4,921 nucleotides of DNA from a virus (Duplodnaviria; Heunggongvirae; Uroviricota; Caudoviricetes). A program made the translations under genes and the position numbers. The notes below the pieces were generated by a model. It was not told the origin of the DNA and made no database searches. It worked only from the letters and a program-made list of their open reading frames with translations. Positions 4,742 through 4,921 of this stretch are shown here, one piece after another. Location of the stretch: the IMG/VR virus record IMGVR_UViG_3300029471_000044, positions 1 through 4,921 of that record. One strand, given 5' to 3'. Each line of letters begins with the position of its first letter. The first letter of the stretch is position 1.

Positions 4742-4919
4742 ATGACCATTTTTTATTTGGATTTCGTTGGTGAGCGTGATTAACAACTCTGTGCATTACA
4801 TCCTCATATTTTTCATCTTCAATTTTTTCGACATCGCGAGGAAATGGTGTTGCTAATGCTTTGTCAACTTTATCCATTGGGTCTTCATTAATCTTATATT
4901 CAGGACCGTCATCTATAGC
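4740..4919 (-). CDS. Hypothetical acidic protein, C-terminal 59 codons only (5' end beyond the right edge)
   Basis: Frame open from the window edge to TAG 4740-4742 (...AIDDGPEYKINEDPMDKVDKALATPFPRDVEKIEDEKYEDVMHRVVNHAHQRNPNKKWS); same strand as the rest of the operon, with a terminator straight after its stop. Not in the ORF track because no start codon is inside the window. Confidence 0.45.
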   Translation of the reverse strand, partial: AIDDGPEYKINEDPMDKVDKALATPFPRDVEKIEDEKYEDVMHRVVNHAHQRNPNKKWS

Positions 4920-4921
4920 AT

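Larger units (their letters stand above)
1..4921 (-). mobile_element. Segment of a lambdoid (pro)phage early operon (accessory genes plus recombination module); no ends or integrase in window
   Basis: All supported CDSs are on the minus strand with very short or overlapping junctions (e.g. SSAP stop TAA 1626-1628 abuts SSB ATG 1623-1625). Gene content (cIII-like peptide, SSAP, SSB, HNH, exonuclease, many small ORFs) and order resemble the lambda pL operon layout cIII-kil-recombination genes. Two intrinsic terminators lie inside the operon. Confidence 0.7.

Noticed and set aside
1-4921. Search for tRNA, rRNA, CRISPR repeats, IS elements or attachment-site repeats
   Set aside because: No cloverleaf-compatible segments with conserved T-loop motifs, no regularly spaced direct repeats, no transposase- or integrase-like ORF and no terminal inverted repeats were evident by eye.

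Overview
The window reads as one co-directional, tightly packed operon on the minus strand, most consistent with the early-left (recombination/accessory) region of a lambdoid enterobacterial phage or prophage. In transcription order (high to low coordinates): a partial acidic ORF entering from the right edge; an intrinsic terminator (4717-4741); three small ORFs below the ORF-track size cutoff or near it (45 aa, 28 aa very acidic, 66 aa Cys-rich); a 93-aa and a 156-aa protein of unknown function; a perfect inverted repeat and a second intrinsic terminator (3211-3239); an 82-aa strongly acidic protein; a 59-aa peptide resembling lambda CIII; a small ORF in the kil-like position (interrupted by an N-run); then a recombination module of Rad52-superfamily single-strand annealing protein, SSB, an HNH nuclease (interrupted by an N-run) and a DEDDh 3'-5' exonuclease; finally a partial ORF leaving the left edge. 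I found no rRNA, tRNA, CRISPR array, IS element or integrase. All plus-strand ORFs in the track look like antisense shadows. Functional calls are from motif recognition by eye and recalled protein sequences; no database search was run.
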